A stretch of DNA of 64,000 bases from Nitrospirota bacterium (GCA_963733375.1 CAVTDB010000003.1:282852-346851), one strand, 5' to 3'; shown: positions 45,782-58,023, counted from the first letter of the stretch. The notes: generated from the letters alone by a model not told the origin. Numbers and translations are program-made.

Positions 45782-46889
45782 CTAATGAAGTTTTATGTCC
45801 ACGATCTCAGGCGTATTGCCAGTCCGCATGGGCGGCCCCCAGGTGCCAACGCCGTCCGTAGTGTAAAGCGAGTAATCGCCCATGGTGTACAGGCCGTAAT
45901 CATAGCCTTTATAGACCGCGTGGGTGATGAAATTGACGGGGAATATCTGTCCCTTGTGCGTGTGTCCGGAGAGCTGAAGATTTACGCCCGCCGCCCTGGC
46001 CTCCTCTATCCTTACCGGGGCGTGGTAGAGCAGTACCGTGGGCTTTCCGGGGATGAAGCCGGGCATATTCCTGATGGTGTCGATTATGCTTTTTCTCTCT
46101 CCCCTTTGGGGATAGCTTATGCCGATTAACTGGAGCCCCCGGATGTCCCGGACCTCGTCGTTCAGGATTTTTACCTTGGTTTTCTCAAGTATGGAAAACG
46201 CCTTGCCCACTCCGAGATAGGTCTCGTGGTTCCCGGTGATGAAATATACCCCGTCCGGCGCGACAAGGTCGTTCAGCGGGGTTACCAGGCTGGGCAGCGA
46301 CCCGTCCATCCCGTCGAACAGGTCGCCCGTGATAACGACCATGTCGGGCTTCAGGCCGTTCACCGTCCTTACTACTTTGCCAAGGAAATCCGCTTTGTAG
46401 ATATGTCCCAGGTGGACGTCCGAGAGCTGGACGATTGTCTTCCCCTCCCACCCGGGCGGCAGGTTCTTAATCCTGACTGAGACCTCCTTCACCTGCGGAT
46501 TGAACGCGTTCCAGACGCCGTATATGGAATATATGAACGCGATACCGAAAAATAACCCGCCGATGATGTTGGAACCGGCTTTATGGCCGCTGAATCCGGC
46601 GATTGAAATTACAATCCAGCCGGCCAGGGAGGCCATTAACAGGTTCACGAGAAGGCCCAGCCAGAAGCCCGATGCGGCATAATAAAAGCGTGTAAATATG
46701 TTTTCCCGCCAATGGGATAAAAGTGAGGCGAAGATGAAGCTCAAGGAGAAAAATATGAAAAGGGCGAGGGTGATAAGCCTGCCTGCCGGGGCGGTTATCC
46801 CGAAGAAACTGGCGAACGAGTAATAGCAGAAATAAGTGATACCTAAGCAGGAGGCCGGTGGCGATGGCAATAAAGAGGGTGAAGGACAT
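45782..46889 (-). CDS. Membrane-anchored metallophosphoesterase (YkuE-like)
   Basis: 'SDVHLG', 'TGDLFD', 'GNHE' and 'SGHTHKGQ'. The 5' end is probably MSFTLFIAIA (46889) with an early indel. Confidence 0.88.
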
Positions 46890-46980
46890 GCCATACAGTA
46901 TAGTTAATAAATTAATAAAGCGCCAATAAAAAAGGCCGCTTACGTTTACGTAAACGGCCCTTTAACTTTCCTTGCCGGGA

Positions 46981-47316
46981 CTACTCCTTCATCTCAACAA
47001 GTATCATCTCCATCGGCTTGTCGCTTAAGTTCTCCGGCAGGTGAGTGAACGCGTCGAGCCATTTGGTCCCGCCGGCCTTTACCTCGATTTCCTTCGTGCT
47101 GCCGTCCGGATAAGTGAATTTAGCGTGCTGGTCCGTCAAGAAAATGCCCACACCCGCCGGGTGGTCGTGCATTACGGACTTCTCATTCGGGCCAAATTTT
47201 ATCCGGAGTACCCGCACGGTATCGTTTTCAAACTCGGCCTTGTAGTGTTTTGGGTCGAGTTCCACCGGGTCGTCAAATCCCTCTATGGGTTTTCTTTTTG
47301 CTGCTGACTTCGGCAT
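46981..47316 (-). CDS. Cupin-fold small protein
   Basis: 'FENDTVRVL', 'MHDHP' and 'HLPEN' cupin motifs; AAGGAG RBS. Confidence 0.78.
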   Translation of the reverse strand: MPKSAAKRKPIEGFDDPVELDPKHYKAEFENDTVRVLRIKFGPNEKSVMHDHPAGVGIFLTDQHAKFTYPDGSTKEIEVKAGGTKWLDAFTHLPENLSDKPMEMILVEMKE

Positions 47317-47426
47317 ACTCTAGCTCCTTTCCCGCATGGGAAGCAAAACCGCTCCCCTAAAAACATCCATATTACTTTATTGATATAATTTTACCAGATA
47401 TGCTGTTTAAAATAAAGTCCGGGGCC

Positions 47427-50114
47427 CTACGCGGCTTTATCCATCTTTAAGTCCGTGGGGAGATATAACCTGAATACGCTGCCTCGGCCCGGTTCGCTTT
47501 CTACTTCCACGCGGCCCCCGTGCGCTTCGGCTACCGCCTTGACAATCGCAAGCCCCAGGCCGCTTCCGCTGGTCCCCGCGGTCCTCTGAGAGCGGTAATA
47601 TTTATTGAAGATGGTTTCCAGTTCCGCCTCCGTTATGCCCGGGCCGGTGTCGGCCACCGATATAACAAAAAAGTCGCATTTGGCCCTGGAGGCGCGCTGC
47701 GTTTTAAGCGAGATATTCCCACCCGCCGGGGTATAATTTATGGCGTTTTGAAGGAGGTTGTATACTGCGCGCTGGACGAGCTTACGGTCTATCGAGAGCA
47801 CCTTCGGCAGGTCCTGGGATATCTCCGCATGGAAGGTGAGGTTCTTTCCCAGCATTTCTTTTTCCAGTCCCGAGCACGCATCTCGCAAGACCGTCGCCAT
47901 ATTGCTGGGGGAGGGATAGACAATCAGCTTTCCGGCCTCTGTTTTCGAGATGGTAAGGAAATTTTCCAGCAGGGCGCCCAGCCTTTCTCCGCTGCTGGTT
48001 ATCCCTTTCGCCATCTCGAATATATCCCGGTCGCCTCCTGATAACTTTGTCGTGAGCAGTTCCGCGTAGCCCATTATGGCCGTCAGGGGGGATTTCAGGT
48101 CGTGCGTCACCATGGCATAGAAATCCTCTTTCTGGTGTTCCGCCAGTTTTTGGGCGGTAATGTCGCGCTGCACTCCCCATGCCCGCACTAAAAAGCCGTT
48201 TTCCACCACGCCGATATAATTGTTTAAAAAAACATGGATATTGCCGTGCACGTCTTTTTCGTATGTCTCTTCCTTCTCGAGCCGGTATCCGGAGCGTATC
48301 AGGTCGCGGAGGTAGTTGATGTTTCGCGGGTCGGAGCGCGGCATGGTCTCAGCTAACCGGACGCCTATCATATCGCCGGCCTTCTCGAAGCCGTACATCC
48401 GCGCCATGGCGTCGTTGCACTCCGCCAGATATGCATGCTTATAAAATAGCTCTATCTGTTCGCCCTCCGGCAGGGAGGTCGGGACCGGCTCTTCCAGCTC
48501 ATAGCGCCAGATGCCCTCCGAGCTGTTTGCTATGAAGGCCCTGTAACGCGCTTCGGACTTCATCAATGCCTCTTCGGCCTTTTTCCTCTCCGTTACGTCC
48601 TCTCCGGAGCTTAAGCCGAAGAAGTCCTTTTCTTTCTCGTCGTAGAATGCCGAGTTGCGCCAGTCTATGAGCCTCTCCTGGCCGCCTTTAGTCAAGACGG
48701 GGTATTCGTAATATTCGACAAGGACTGCCTCCCCGTCCATCATCTGGTTGAAAACGCCCTTCACCTCGCCCCGGTGGCCTTCCGGGATAAAGTTGTCGAA
48801 CCAGTTCTTGCCGACGACCTCCTCTTCGGCATATCCCAGAACCTCGCAGCCTTTCCGGTTAATCTTCACGACCGTCTCGTCAGGGGCGATCACGACCATC
48901 ATGGACCTTGCAAAATCGAAACATTTACGCGCCCTGTTCCGCTCATCCATCAACTCCATCTCGAAGCGCTTCCTCTCCGTAATGTCGATCGCCATGCCCA
49001 TGACGGCGGGCCGTCCGTTATAAAGCGTGTATGCGGACCTGCTTTCTATATCGATAACGCCCCCGTCTTTTTTTACGGCGCGCAGTTCGATATGGACGCT
49101 CTTGCCGGGCTGGACGCTGGCCATGGCTTCCATGGTCTTTCTGCAGGTCTTCCGGGTGCACGAAATCAAACCATGTCTCCCTCTCAAGCAGCTCTTCCAC
49201 CGTAGTACCCCACCATTTCGGACATGCTCGGGTTGGCGTATACCAGCCGCCAGTCCTGGGAGATCCATATGCCCGCGACCGATTCGTCGGCCAGTCTTTT
49301 TGAATTTGGATTCGGATTCCTTCAGCGCTTCCTCGGTCTTTTTGCGCTCGGTCATGTCATAAACCGCCCCCATCCATCCCTCCAGCCTGCCCCGCGCATC
49401 TTTTATGGCTGAAATCAAAAACAACGCATCAAAGCGCTCTCCGTCCTTGCGCATGAACTTGAACTCCGGCGAACTGGACTCCATCTCGCCCCTCATGGTT
49501 GCCATGAAGGCATCGCTTATTTTTTCCGTCTCTTCCGGCGGCCAAAACACGAAAGGCGGCCCCTGGCCCATAAGCTCTTCTTCACTCCAGCCCACCATCT
49601 TGCAGAAGGCGGAATTTACGTAGTTAATCCGGCCTTCGGTGTCCACGCCGACAATCCCCGACAAAACGGAGCTCTCGATGGCCTGACGGAAAATGAGTTC
49701 TTCCTTTTTCGCCGCCTCCGCCTTCCTCTGCCTCACCGCCTGCCCGATGGAGTTAATTATTCGGGCGAAGTGGGCGAAGCCGCCCAAGTCCTTGGTGAAG
49801 TAATCGTTCGCGCCGTTTTTAAAAGCGTTCCTCGCGATCTCTTCATTACCCTGGCCGGTCACGAATATAAACGGGATGTCGCTGCCCTGCCCCCTCAGGG
49901 CTATCAGCAGCTCCATCCCGTCCATGTAAGGCATCTGGTAGTCGGACAGTATGCAATCGACCGGGTTTTCCTTTATATATTCAAGGCATTCCCGGCCGCT
50001 TTCGGCTATGTGGATATTCAGGTCCGGCGCTTCCTTTTGCAGCATCAGCCGCATCAGGTTGGCGATATCCGGCTCGTCGTCCACTATCACTATGGATAAA
50101 GGCCCCATAACCAT
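47427..50114 (-). CDS. REC-multiPAS-HisKA-HATPase cytoplasmic histidine kinase (compensating indels ~49130-49290)
   Basis: REC 'IVDDE..DCILSDYQMP', about four PAS/PAC units, 'HDLKSPLT' and 'GSGLGLAIVK'. Confidence 0.9.
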   Translation of the reverse strand: MVMGPLSIVIVDDEPDIANLMRLMLQKEAPDLNIHIAESGRECLEYIKENPVDCILSDYQMPYMDGMELLIALRGQGSDIPFIFVTGQGNEEIARNAFKNGANDYFTKDLGGFAHFARIINSIGQAVRQRKAEAAKKEELIFRQAIESSVLSGIVGVDTEGRINYVNSAFCKMVGWSEEELMGQGPPFVFWPPEETEKISDAFMATMRGEMESSSPEFKFMRKDGERFDALFLISAIKDARGRLEGWMGAVYDMTERKKTEEALKESESKFKKTGRRIGRGHMDLPGLAAGIRQPEHVRNGGVLRWKSCLRGRHGLISCTRKTCRKTMEAMASVQPGKSVHIELRAVKKDGGVIDIESRSAYTLYNGRPAVMGMAIDITERKRFEMELMDERNRARKCFDFARSMMVVIAPDETVVKINRKGCEVLGYAEEEVVGKNWFDNFIPEGHRGEVKGVFNQMMDGEAVLVEYYEYPVLTKGGQERLIDWRNSAFYDEKEKDFFGLSSGEDVTERKKAEEALMKSEARYRAFIANSSEGIWRYELEEPVPTSLPEGEQIELFYKHAYLAECNDAMARMYGFEKAGDMIGVRLAETMPRSDPRNINYLRDLIRSGYRLEKEETYEKDVHGNIHVFLNNYIGVVENGFLVRAWGVQRDITAQKLAEHQKEDFYAMVTHDLKSPLTAIMGYAELLTTKLSGGDRDIFEMAKGITSSGERLGALLENFLTISKTEAGKLIVYPSPSNMATVLRDACSGLEKEMLGKNLTFHAEISQDLPKVLSIDRKLVQRAVYNLLQNAINYTPAGGNISLKTQRASRAKCDFFVISVADTGPGITEAELETIFNKYYRSQRTAGTSGSGLGLAIVKAVAEAHGGRVEVESEPGRGSVFRLYLPTDLKMDKAA

Positions 50115-50337
50115 GCTCCCTGCTTTAATTATAAAGCAAATCGGCGGAAATAAAAAATCGCCATGCGGGCGTCCAACCCGAGACATGTTCCGTTTCCGGA
50201 AGCCAAAAGCCCGACACTGGTTTCGGCAAGCTTTTCAACTGTTAAGACGTTGTTTATTTTAATTTGTCAATGATGTATAATAAGGCATATTTTGCGTTCT
50301 ATCTTTGGATAATATTCGCTTTGAGGTCTGCTGCGCT

Positions 50338-52576
50338 ATGGAAATTTTGAACATACTTCTGGTTGACGACGACGCTGAAATCGGGATGTTCATAAAGCGG
50401 AAGCTTTCCATAGAGGCCCCGCATTTTTCGATAGCATTTGTCGAAAGCGGCCAGGAATGCCTCGATTACCTGAAAAACCATACCGTTGACTGCATTCTAA
50501 GCGATTACCAGATGCCCGGGATGAACGGCATGGAGCTGCTCCTTGCCATGAAGGGACAGGGCAGCGATGTGCCGGTTATTTTTGTTACCGGCCAGGGCAA
50601 CGAGGAGGTTGCAAGGGAGGCGTTCAAGAACGGGGCGTATGACTACTTCACAAAAGAGGTCGGGTTTGCTCATTTTGCCCGGATAATAAATTCCGTGGAG
50701 CAGGCGGTTAAGCAAAGGGGCGCGGAACAGGCAGTAAAGGAACGGGATTTCTGGATAAATGAATCGCAAAAGGTAGCGCGTCTCGGCTCGTACGTCCTGC
50801 ATATATCGGCCAACAGATGGACGAGTTCGGAAATACTCGATGAAATCTTCGGGATCGGCAAGGATTATGATAAATCCCTCCAGGGCTGGCTTTCGTTCAT
50901 CCATCCGGATGAACGCGACAGCCTGGCGCAATATTTCGCCGGAGTGATTGCGGAGAAGAAGCGCTTTGAATCCGAATACAGGATCATCCGGCAGAATGAC
51001 GGTGCTGAGCGATGGGTATACGGCCTTGGTGAACTGGTCTTCGACCGGGACGGAAACGCGGCGAGGATGTTCGGGACTATCCAGGATGTCACCGAACGCA
51101 AGCAGATGGAGGACGCGCTGCGAGTCAGCCAGGAGTTTCTGAAATCCATAATTGACAACGAACCCGAGTGCGTCAAGCTATTAAGCCCTGACGGGTCCCT
51201 CCTGATGATGAACCGTGCGGGACTGAACATGATACAGGCGGATTTTCTCGACCAGGTAAAGGGAAAAAACATTTTGGACCTGGTCGCCCCTGAATACCGC
51301 AAGGCATTCAAGGCGCTCAACATGAAGGTTTTTCAGGGAGGCACCGGAAAACTGGAGTTTGACGTGGTGGGGTTAAAGGGGAGGATCCGCAGGTTGGAGA
51401 CCAATGCCGTCCCGCTTCATGACGAAAAGGGAAAGGTTACCGCCCTGCTGGGCATAACCCGCGATATTACGGAACAGAGAAGAGCCGCGAACGCGCTGGA
51501 AGAGAAGCAGCGCGCATACCAGTCGCTTGCGGAAAACCTTCCTGGAATTGTATACAGGGTATTCCTTCGGGAAAATAACAGGATGCAGTTTTTCAACCGG
51601 GCGGCCGAGGGTGTCACCGGTTATACCGATAGGGAACTGACCGCGGGGAAGTCTGCTGTATTGATAACCTCATTCTTCCTGAAGACCGACGCCGGGTAGA
51701 TTGAAAGCGTGAAGCAAGCTATTTTAGAGAGAAAACCATTTTCCGTGGAGTACAGACTCAGGCATAAGTCTGGTCTCGATTTGTCATTTGTTAGAACGAG
51801 GAGAGCCCGTATATGGAAGTGATGAAATGCCGCTATATATTGACGGCATGATTTTTGACATCACCGAGAGAAAAGACCTTGAGCGGCGGCAGGTGGACCT
51901 TTTAGCAATGGTCTCGCACGATATAAAAGCGCCGCTCACCGCCATATTAGGCAGCATGGAGCTGCTTTCTGAAATGGCCGACAAGTTTGACGCGGACACG
52001 AATGAGATGATAACCGCCGTCAAAACCAGCGGCGAAAAAATCCATAAGCTGGTTGACAGCTTTTTGACTTTTTCGGAGATGGAGTCTGGAAAACTCATCC
52101 CGAGACTCTTCCCGTCAGACATATCCGAGACCTTGCAGGAGTCGTTCAGGGGCCTGGAAAAGGCCATCAAAAAGAAAGGGATTACTTTTAACGTAGAAAT
52201 AGCGGAAGGGCTGCCGGCCAAGGTGCTGATGGACAAACAGCTTGTCCAGCGGGCGGTGGCCAACCTGCTCCAGAACGCTTTCAATTATACCCCGGCTGGA
52301 GGGAAAATAACGTTGAAAGCAGAGTCAATTAGTGAAAAGGGGGACGATTTTATATTGATTTCGGTCGCGGATACCGGAAAAGGAATACCCGCCGAAGAAC
52401 ATGAATCGGTTTTCGAAAAATACTACCGCTCCCCGAAGACCGCGTGGATTAAGGGCAGCGGCCTTGGTCTCGCAATCGTCAAGGCGGTCGCCTGGGCGCA
52501 CGGCGGAAGGGTGGAACTGCAAAGCGAACCGGAAAAGGGAAGCACTTTTAAAATATACCTGCCGACGGTCCATTAG
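50338..52576 (+). CDS. REC-multiPAS-HisKA-HATPase cytoplasmic histidine kinase (indels ~51650-51790)
   Basis: REC 'LVDDD..DCILSDYQMP', three PAS units, 'HDIKAPLT' and 'GSGLGLAIVK'. Confidence 0.88.
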
Positions 52577-52666
52577 TTAAATCGATTTAATCCGATCATT
52601 TTTCCCGTTTACTTTGTCCTTTTCTTTCTCTAAAATACCGTGAGGCATAAAACAAAAGAGGTGGCC

Positions 52667-53758
52667 ATGTCCCAGTTTCTGGAAGTATTAGAGTTCCTTG
52701 ACCCGACCGGCGAGCAGATGGTTCACAGGGTACCTCCCGAAGGCTCCGGCGAGACGAAGTTCGGCGCGCAGTGTATCGTGCGGGATTCGCAGGCGGCGGT
52801 GTTCTTTCAGGACGGGCGCGGCACCGACGTGCTGGGGCCGGGAAGGCACTCGCTTTCGACGCAAAACCTGCCGATCCTGACGAAGATGCTCATGCTCCCC
52901 TGGGGGTTCGAGAGCTTCTTCAAAGCCGAAGTTTATTTCGTCAGCCGAAAGATATTCACAAGCCTCAGGTGGGGGACGAGAGACCCGGTTGTGTTCAAGG
53001 ACAGCAAGCTTGGAATGGTGCGTCTCCGGGCTTTCGGGGCGTACACATTCCAGGTCAGCGACCCGCTCCTTTTCATAAACTCGCTCGTCGGCACGCAGGG
53101 CGTCTTCACAACCGATGCGATAAAGGACTACCTGCGCGACGTCACGGTATCGCGCCTGAACGATTACCTTGGAGAGAACCTGGATTCCATCCTGGACCTC
53201 CCCCGGAAATACGACGAGATGGCGTCATCCGTAAAGGCGCGGGTGGAGCAGGATTTTTCGCGTTACGGGCTGGAGCTTAGGGACTTCTATATAAATTCGA
53301 TCACTCCGCCCGAAGACGTTCAGAAGGTAATCGACCAGCGCTCCGGCATGGGCGCGGCGGGAGATTTGGACAGCTTCATGAAGTTCAGGGCCGCAATGGC
53401 GGTAGGCGACGCCGCAAACAACCAGGGCGGCATGGGCGCCGGCCTTGGCCTCGGCGCGGGAGCGGGCCTGGGGATGCTCATACCCGGTATGCTGATGGGG
53501 CAGTCGAACGCGCAGCCTGAACCCACGGCCTGCGTGCGAGGGTGCGTGTTCTCGCCGGAGGATTCCCTGCTTATTGCCCCACTCATCCTCTTTTCGCTTG
53601 CGCCCAAGGAGAACCGGCGGCTCGTGAAATTCGTCCAGACGGCTAAGGTGGAGACGCTGGCCTGCGAGCTTGTGCTGGTCCCTTTCAACAAAGGAAGATT
53701 CGAGTACACCGACGCCGTCTTCGGCTGGTCCCTGCCGACTGCCGCACTTTCCGACTGA
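52667..53758 (+). CDS. SPFH/band-7 (YdjI-like) domain protein with atypical C-terminus
   Basis: 'GPGRHSLSTQNLP', 'AEVYFV', 'RWGT', 'VRLRAFG' and a Gly-rich 'GMGAGLGLGAG' segment. Confidence 0.85.
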   Translation: MSQFLEVLEFLDPTGEQMVHRVPPEGSGETKFGAQCIVRDSQAAVFFQDGRGTDVLGPGRHSLSTQNLPILTKMLMLPWGFESFFKAEVYFVSRKIFTSLRWGTRDPVVFKDSKLGMVRLRAFGAYTFQVSDPLLFINSLVGTQGVFTTDAIKDYLRDVTVSRLNDYLGENLDSILDLPRKYDEMASSVKARVEQDFSRYGLELRDFYINSITPPEDVQKVIDQRSGMGAAGDLDSFMKFRAAMAVGDAANNQGGMGAGLGLGAGAGLGMLIPGMLMGQSNAQPEPTACVRGCVFSPEDSLLIAPLILFSLAPKENRRLVKFVQTAKVETLACELVLVPFNKGRFEYTDAVFGWSLPTAALSD

Positions 53759-53817
53759 AAGGCTGGCGGAACGCCATCATTCATGAGCCCCGAGCAACTG
53801 TTATTTTACAATTAATA

Positions 53818-53858
53818 AAAAATAAGGGGCTGCGAAAGTTGCAACCCCTTATTTTTAT
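53818..53858. terminator. Bidirectional terminator
   Basis: aaaaataagggg(c/t)tgc-gaaagtt-gcaaccccttattttt between convergent genes. Confidence 0.75.
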
Positions 53859-53873
53859 CTATACCTCGGTTGG

Positions 53874-56800
53874 TTAATTTGCAGCAAACGTCGCCGATAT
53901 CGTGTGAGGCGCCGTTACATTGTTGAAGGTGTACGTGCCCACAGCGCCCACGGAGGACCATCAACGAGCACGTCCGCTACATGGTAGCCGGCATTGGCCT
54001 TAATGGTATAGGTCTGGTTCGCACCACTGGCCACTCTTGCCGTGCCGGAAGGAGAAATGCTTCCGTTTGCGCCCGCTGTGGCCGTGATAGTCGGGATGAA
54101 CGTCGCGGCTATAGTGTGGGCAGCCTGGACGTTGGTGAAGGTCCAGCCGGTCATCACCCCTATGGAAGCCCCGTCAACCGTCACGTTACCGATCGCATAG
54201 CCGCTCGCTGGTGCAATAGCGAAGGTCTGGCTGGTGCCCTGCACCACGGCGGTGGTCCCAGGCGTTATGCTGCCGTTTGAGCCCGGCGTAACCGTTATGG
54301 TAAAAGACGGGTTCTGGGCGAAGCTCGCCGATATCGTATGAGGCGTAGTTACATTGCTGAAGGTGTACGTGTCCACAGCGCCGCACGGAGCAGCCGTCCA
54401 CAAGTGACGTCCGCTACATGATAGCCGGCATTGGCCTTAATGGTATAGGTCTGGTTCGCACCGCTGGCCACTCTTGCCGTACCGGAAGGAGAAATGCTTG
54501 CCGTTTGCGCCCGCTGTGGCCGTGATAGTCGGGATGAACGTCGCGGCTATAGTGTGGGCAGCCTGGACATTGGTGAAGGTCCAGCTGGTCATCACCCCTA
54601 TGGAAGCCCCGTCAACTGTCACGTTACCAATAGCATAGCCGCTCGCTGGTGCAATAGCGAAGGTCTGGCTGGTGCCCTGCACCACGGCGGTGGTCCCCGG
54701 CGTTATGCTGCCGTTTGAGCCCGGCGTAACCGTTATGGTAAAAGACGGGTTCTGGGCGAAGCTCGCCGATATCGTGTGAGGCGTAGTTACATTGTTGAAG
54801 GTGTACGAAGTTGCCGGCACAGGGCTTGCCGTCGACCAGGACGTCCGCTACATGGTAGCCGGCATTGGCCTTAATGGTATAGGTCTGGTTCGCGCCGCTG
54901 GCCACTCTTGCCGTACCGGAAGGAGAAATGCTGCCGTTTGCGCCCGCTGTGGCCGTGATAGTCGGGATAAACGTCGCGGCTATCGTGTGGTCAGCCTGGA
55001 CGTTGGTGAAGGTCCAGCCGGTCATCACCCCTATGGAAGTCCCGTCAACCGTCACGTTACCGATGGCATAGCCGGATGCGGGTGCAATAGCGAAGGTCTG
55101 GCTGGTGCCCTGCACCACGGCGGTTGTCCCCGGCGTTATGCTGCCGTTTGAGCCCGGCGTAACCGTTATGGTAAAAGACGGGTTCTGGGCGAAGCTCGCC
55201 GATATCGTGTGAGGCGTAGTTACATTGCTGAAGGTGTACGTACCCACGGCGCCCACGGATGAGCCGTCAACGAGCACGTCCGCTACATGGTAACCGGCAT
55301 TGGCCTTAATGGTATAGGTCTGGTTCGCACCGCTGGCCACTCTTGCCGTACCGGAAGGAGAAATGCTTCCGTTTGCGCCCGCTGTGGCCGTGATAGTCGG
55401 GATGAACGTCGCGGCTATAGTGTGGGCAGCCTGGACGTTGGTGAAGGTCCAGCTGGTCATCACTCCTATGGAAGTCCCGTCAGTTGTCACGTTACCGATA
55501 GCATAGCCGGATGCGGGAGCAATAGCGAAGGTCTGGCTGGTGCCCTGCACCACGGCGGTTGTCCCCGGCGTTATGCTGCCGTTTGAGCCCGGCGTAACCG
55601 TTATGGTAAAAGACGGGTTCTGGGCGAAGCTCGCCGATATCGTGTGAGGCGTAGTTACATTGCTGAAGGTGTACGTACCCACAGCGCCCACGGATGAGCC
55701 GTCAACGAGTACGTCCGCTACATGATAACCGGCATTGGCGCTGAATGGTATAGGTCTGGTTCGCACCGATGGCCACTCTTGCCGTACCGGAAGGAGAAAT
55801 GCTGCCGTTTGCGCCCGCTGTGGCCGTGATAGTCGGGATAAACGTCGCGGCTATAGTGTGGGCAGCCTGGACATTGGAGAATGTCCAGCCGGTCATCACT
55901 CCTATGGAAGTCCCGTCAACTGTCACGTTCCCGATGGCATAGCCGCTCGCTGGTGCAATAGCGAAGGTCTGGCTGGTGCCCTGCACCACATCGATGGTAC
56001 CAGGCGTTATGCTGCCGTTTGCGCCCCGAGTAACCGTTATTGTAAACGAAACTAATACTATATTAAATTATATAGTATTCGACTTCATAGTCGGAATGCC
56101 GCCGTTTGCCGTGAACATTGCATAGGCCGAATGAGTCACCAGGACTTGCAAGTGAACGTAACCATGGCAGTGCCGCTGACGTCCGTAACCGCTTGGGTTT
56201 GGAGCTTATTATCTACATAAAAAATAAGGGTTTGCCCGGCAGCGGCGGCATTGTTGTACGTCATTGCAGCAGTGAGAATTACTGAAGTGCCGTTAAGCGA
56301 AGATGACAGGGCTATGCCGCCCGTCGAAAAGTTGGCTGTTACGGACTTTTCTTTGTCCATAATTACGGTAAGCGGGTTTGTCGTGCCGGAGGCGTCCCCG
56401 CTCCAGCCCGCAAAGAAATAGCCCGTGTTGGCTGACGCGGTTACTTGCACCGTGCTGCCGCACTCATACGAGCCGCCGCTCGTCACTGTTCCTCCTTGCG
56501 GATCATTAACCGCGGTATTTAAGATTGACTTTATTAGTCGCAAAATTTGCCGTCACCGTTTTGTCCACATCCATAGTAATACTGACGGGGTTTAATAAAC
56601 CCGAAGCGTCACCGCTCCAGCCCTGGAAGGCGCTGCAGCTTAAAGGAACAGCTGTAAGCTGCACGGTATCGCCGAAATTGTAGAGCCCCTTTGGGCTTGA
56701 CGGATTGGCGGTTATGGACCCGCTGCCGTCAGGATTTATTGTAAGGTTCAGCTTGGCCTGAGGGGAATCGGGATTGATGCTGTAGGCCAGATGCTTCGTA

Positions 56801-57685
56801 TCCAAAATCGACGGCATCGGTCAGTTCGCTGTATGCGATCCTGAAATAGCCGTTCTCTCCCCATCCGTTCCCCCAACTGTTCTTTACGATGAAGCAGCTG
56901 TTGACGTCGTCATAGCCGACCAGCAGTATCGCGTGGTACGCCTCCAGATAACCGGTTACATGGCTGTAGATTCCGGAGCTGTAGTACATAAAGTCGCTAT
57001 AAACGGCCATTGTCACGGCTACGGGACCATAGCTGTTGAGGGCGTTCTTTAAAACATCGGCGGTCTGCTGGCTCCCATAAGGGACTACCCAGGTATAACT
57101 TGATACTTTATAGGCATCGTCTTGCCAATTCGCGCAGGCGTTGGAACAGGAGCCGTTACCGCCGGTATAAGGATAGCAGGACTCAAGCGGGAGACCGCTA
57201 GTCACAAAAAAATCGTCGATCAGATATCCGCCGTCGCAGCTTCCCTCACCGCTGCAGGATACGGCGACCTGTTCCGAGAGGTCAAGGTCAGTGCCCGGAG
57301 TTTTATCTTTTATAATCGTGGCGGCTTCGAGCGCGGCGGTCGAGGCAAACGCCCAGCAACTTCCGCAATTGCCCTGGTCGCGAACGCCGGTCACATAGTT
57401 GCCGTTATTGTTTCTCCAGTCAAGTGATACCGGCAGCGGCGCGGAGAGGAGGGGCCTCATCATCATAGGTCTAGCCTGGCCCAAAGGCGGCGGCGCGGTC
57501 AGTAGTCCCATTTTTGACACTTGCTCCGCCGGCGGCAACACGCTCATGGAGGTATCGGCGGCCGTCCAGAGGGCACCCTTCGCCTGGATAGCAGCGTTTA
57601 TATCGTCAACCTCTGAAGCATACGCGGGGAACAACCACATAAATACCATGAAAATAGCAAGTGCGTATATTTTTGCGTTCTTCAT
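53874..57685 (-). CDS. Large secreted papain-family (C1A) cysteine protease with InlB-B-like/Ig-like domains and a repeat stalk; several indels
   Basis: Signal peptide, 'LDWR', 'QGNCGSCWAF', 'YHAILLVGYDD' and 'KNSWG'; then 'F.GWSGD' InlB-B-type domains and tandem repeats ending ATFAAN-stop at 53874; AGGAGG RBS. Confidence 0.85.
53877..56050. repeat. ~435-bp (145-aa) tandem repeat, about five near-identical copies
   Basis: The marker ttctgggcgaagctcgccgatatcg starts at 54312, 54750, 55183 and 55618. Confidence 0.95.
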
Positions 57686-58023
57686 TGTAGGCACCCTCCT
57701 TTTGTCAGCATTAATCGACTCCTGATATTTGTAGGTATTTCAGCGCGGCGGGTAAGGAAGCAGGCGCGGCTTCAATTTTTTTTCTCCGCTCCTCCGCCAA
57801 CGGATTGCATAGGACTTCGCGGCGCTTGATGCGCTCTCCCGGAGAAAGGGTGTCATGGACGTATCTCTCCTGTCCTTCCAGCAGGCCCTTTTTGAACCTG
57901 ATGGGAGAGTTTATGTCATCTATTTCGGACGAATACGCTGGAACCGGGCGGGAAACTCAAAATAAGGCATTCAGGGGCAATTCTCAGATTTTCATGATGG
58001 CGCTCACCTTTACGTTTGCTTCG

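Noticed and set aside
53877-56050. CRISPR array or DGR template/variable repeats
   Set aside because: Units are 435 bp, coding and without unique spacers. Differences are not adenine-specific, and there is no cas or reverse transcriptase gene in the window.
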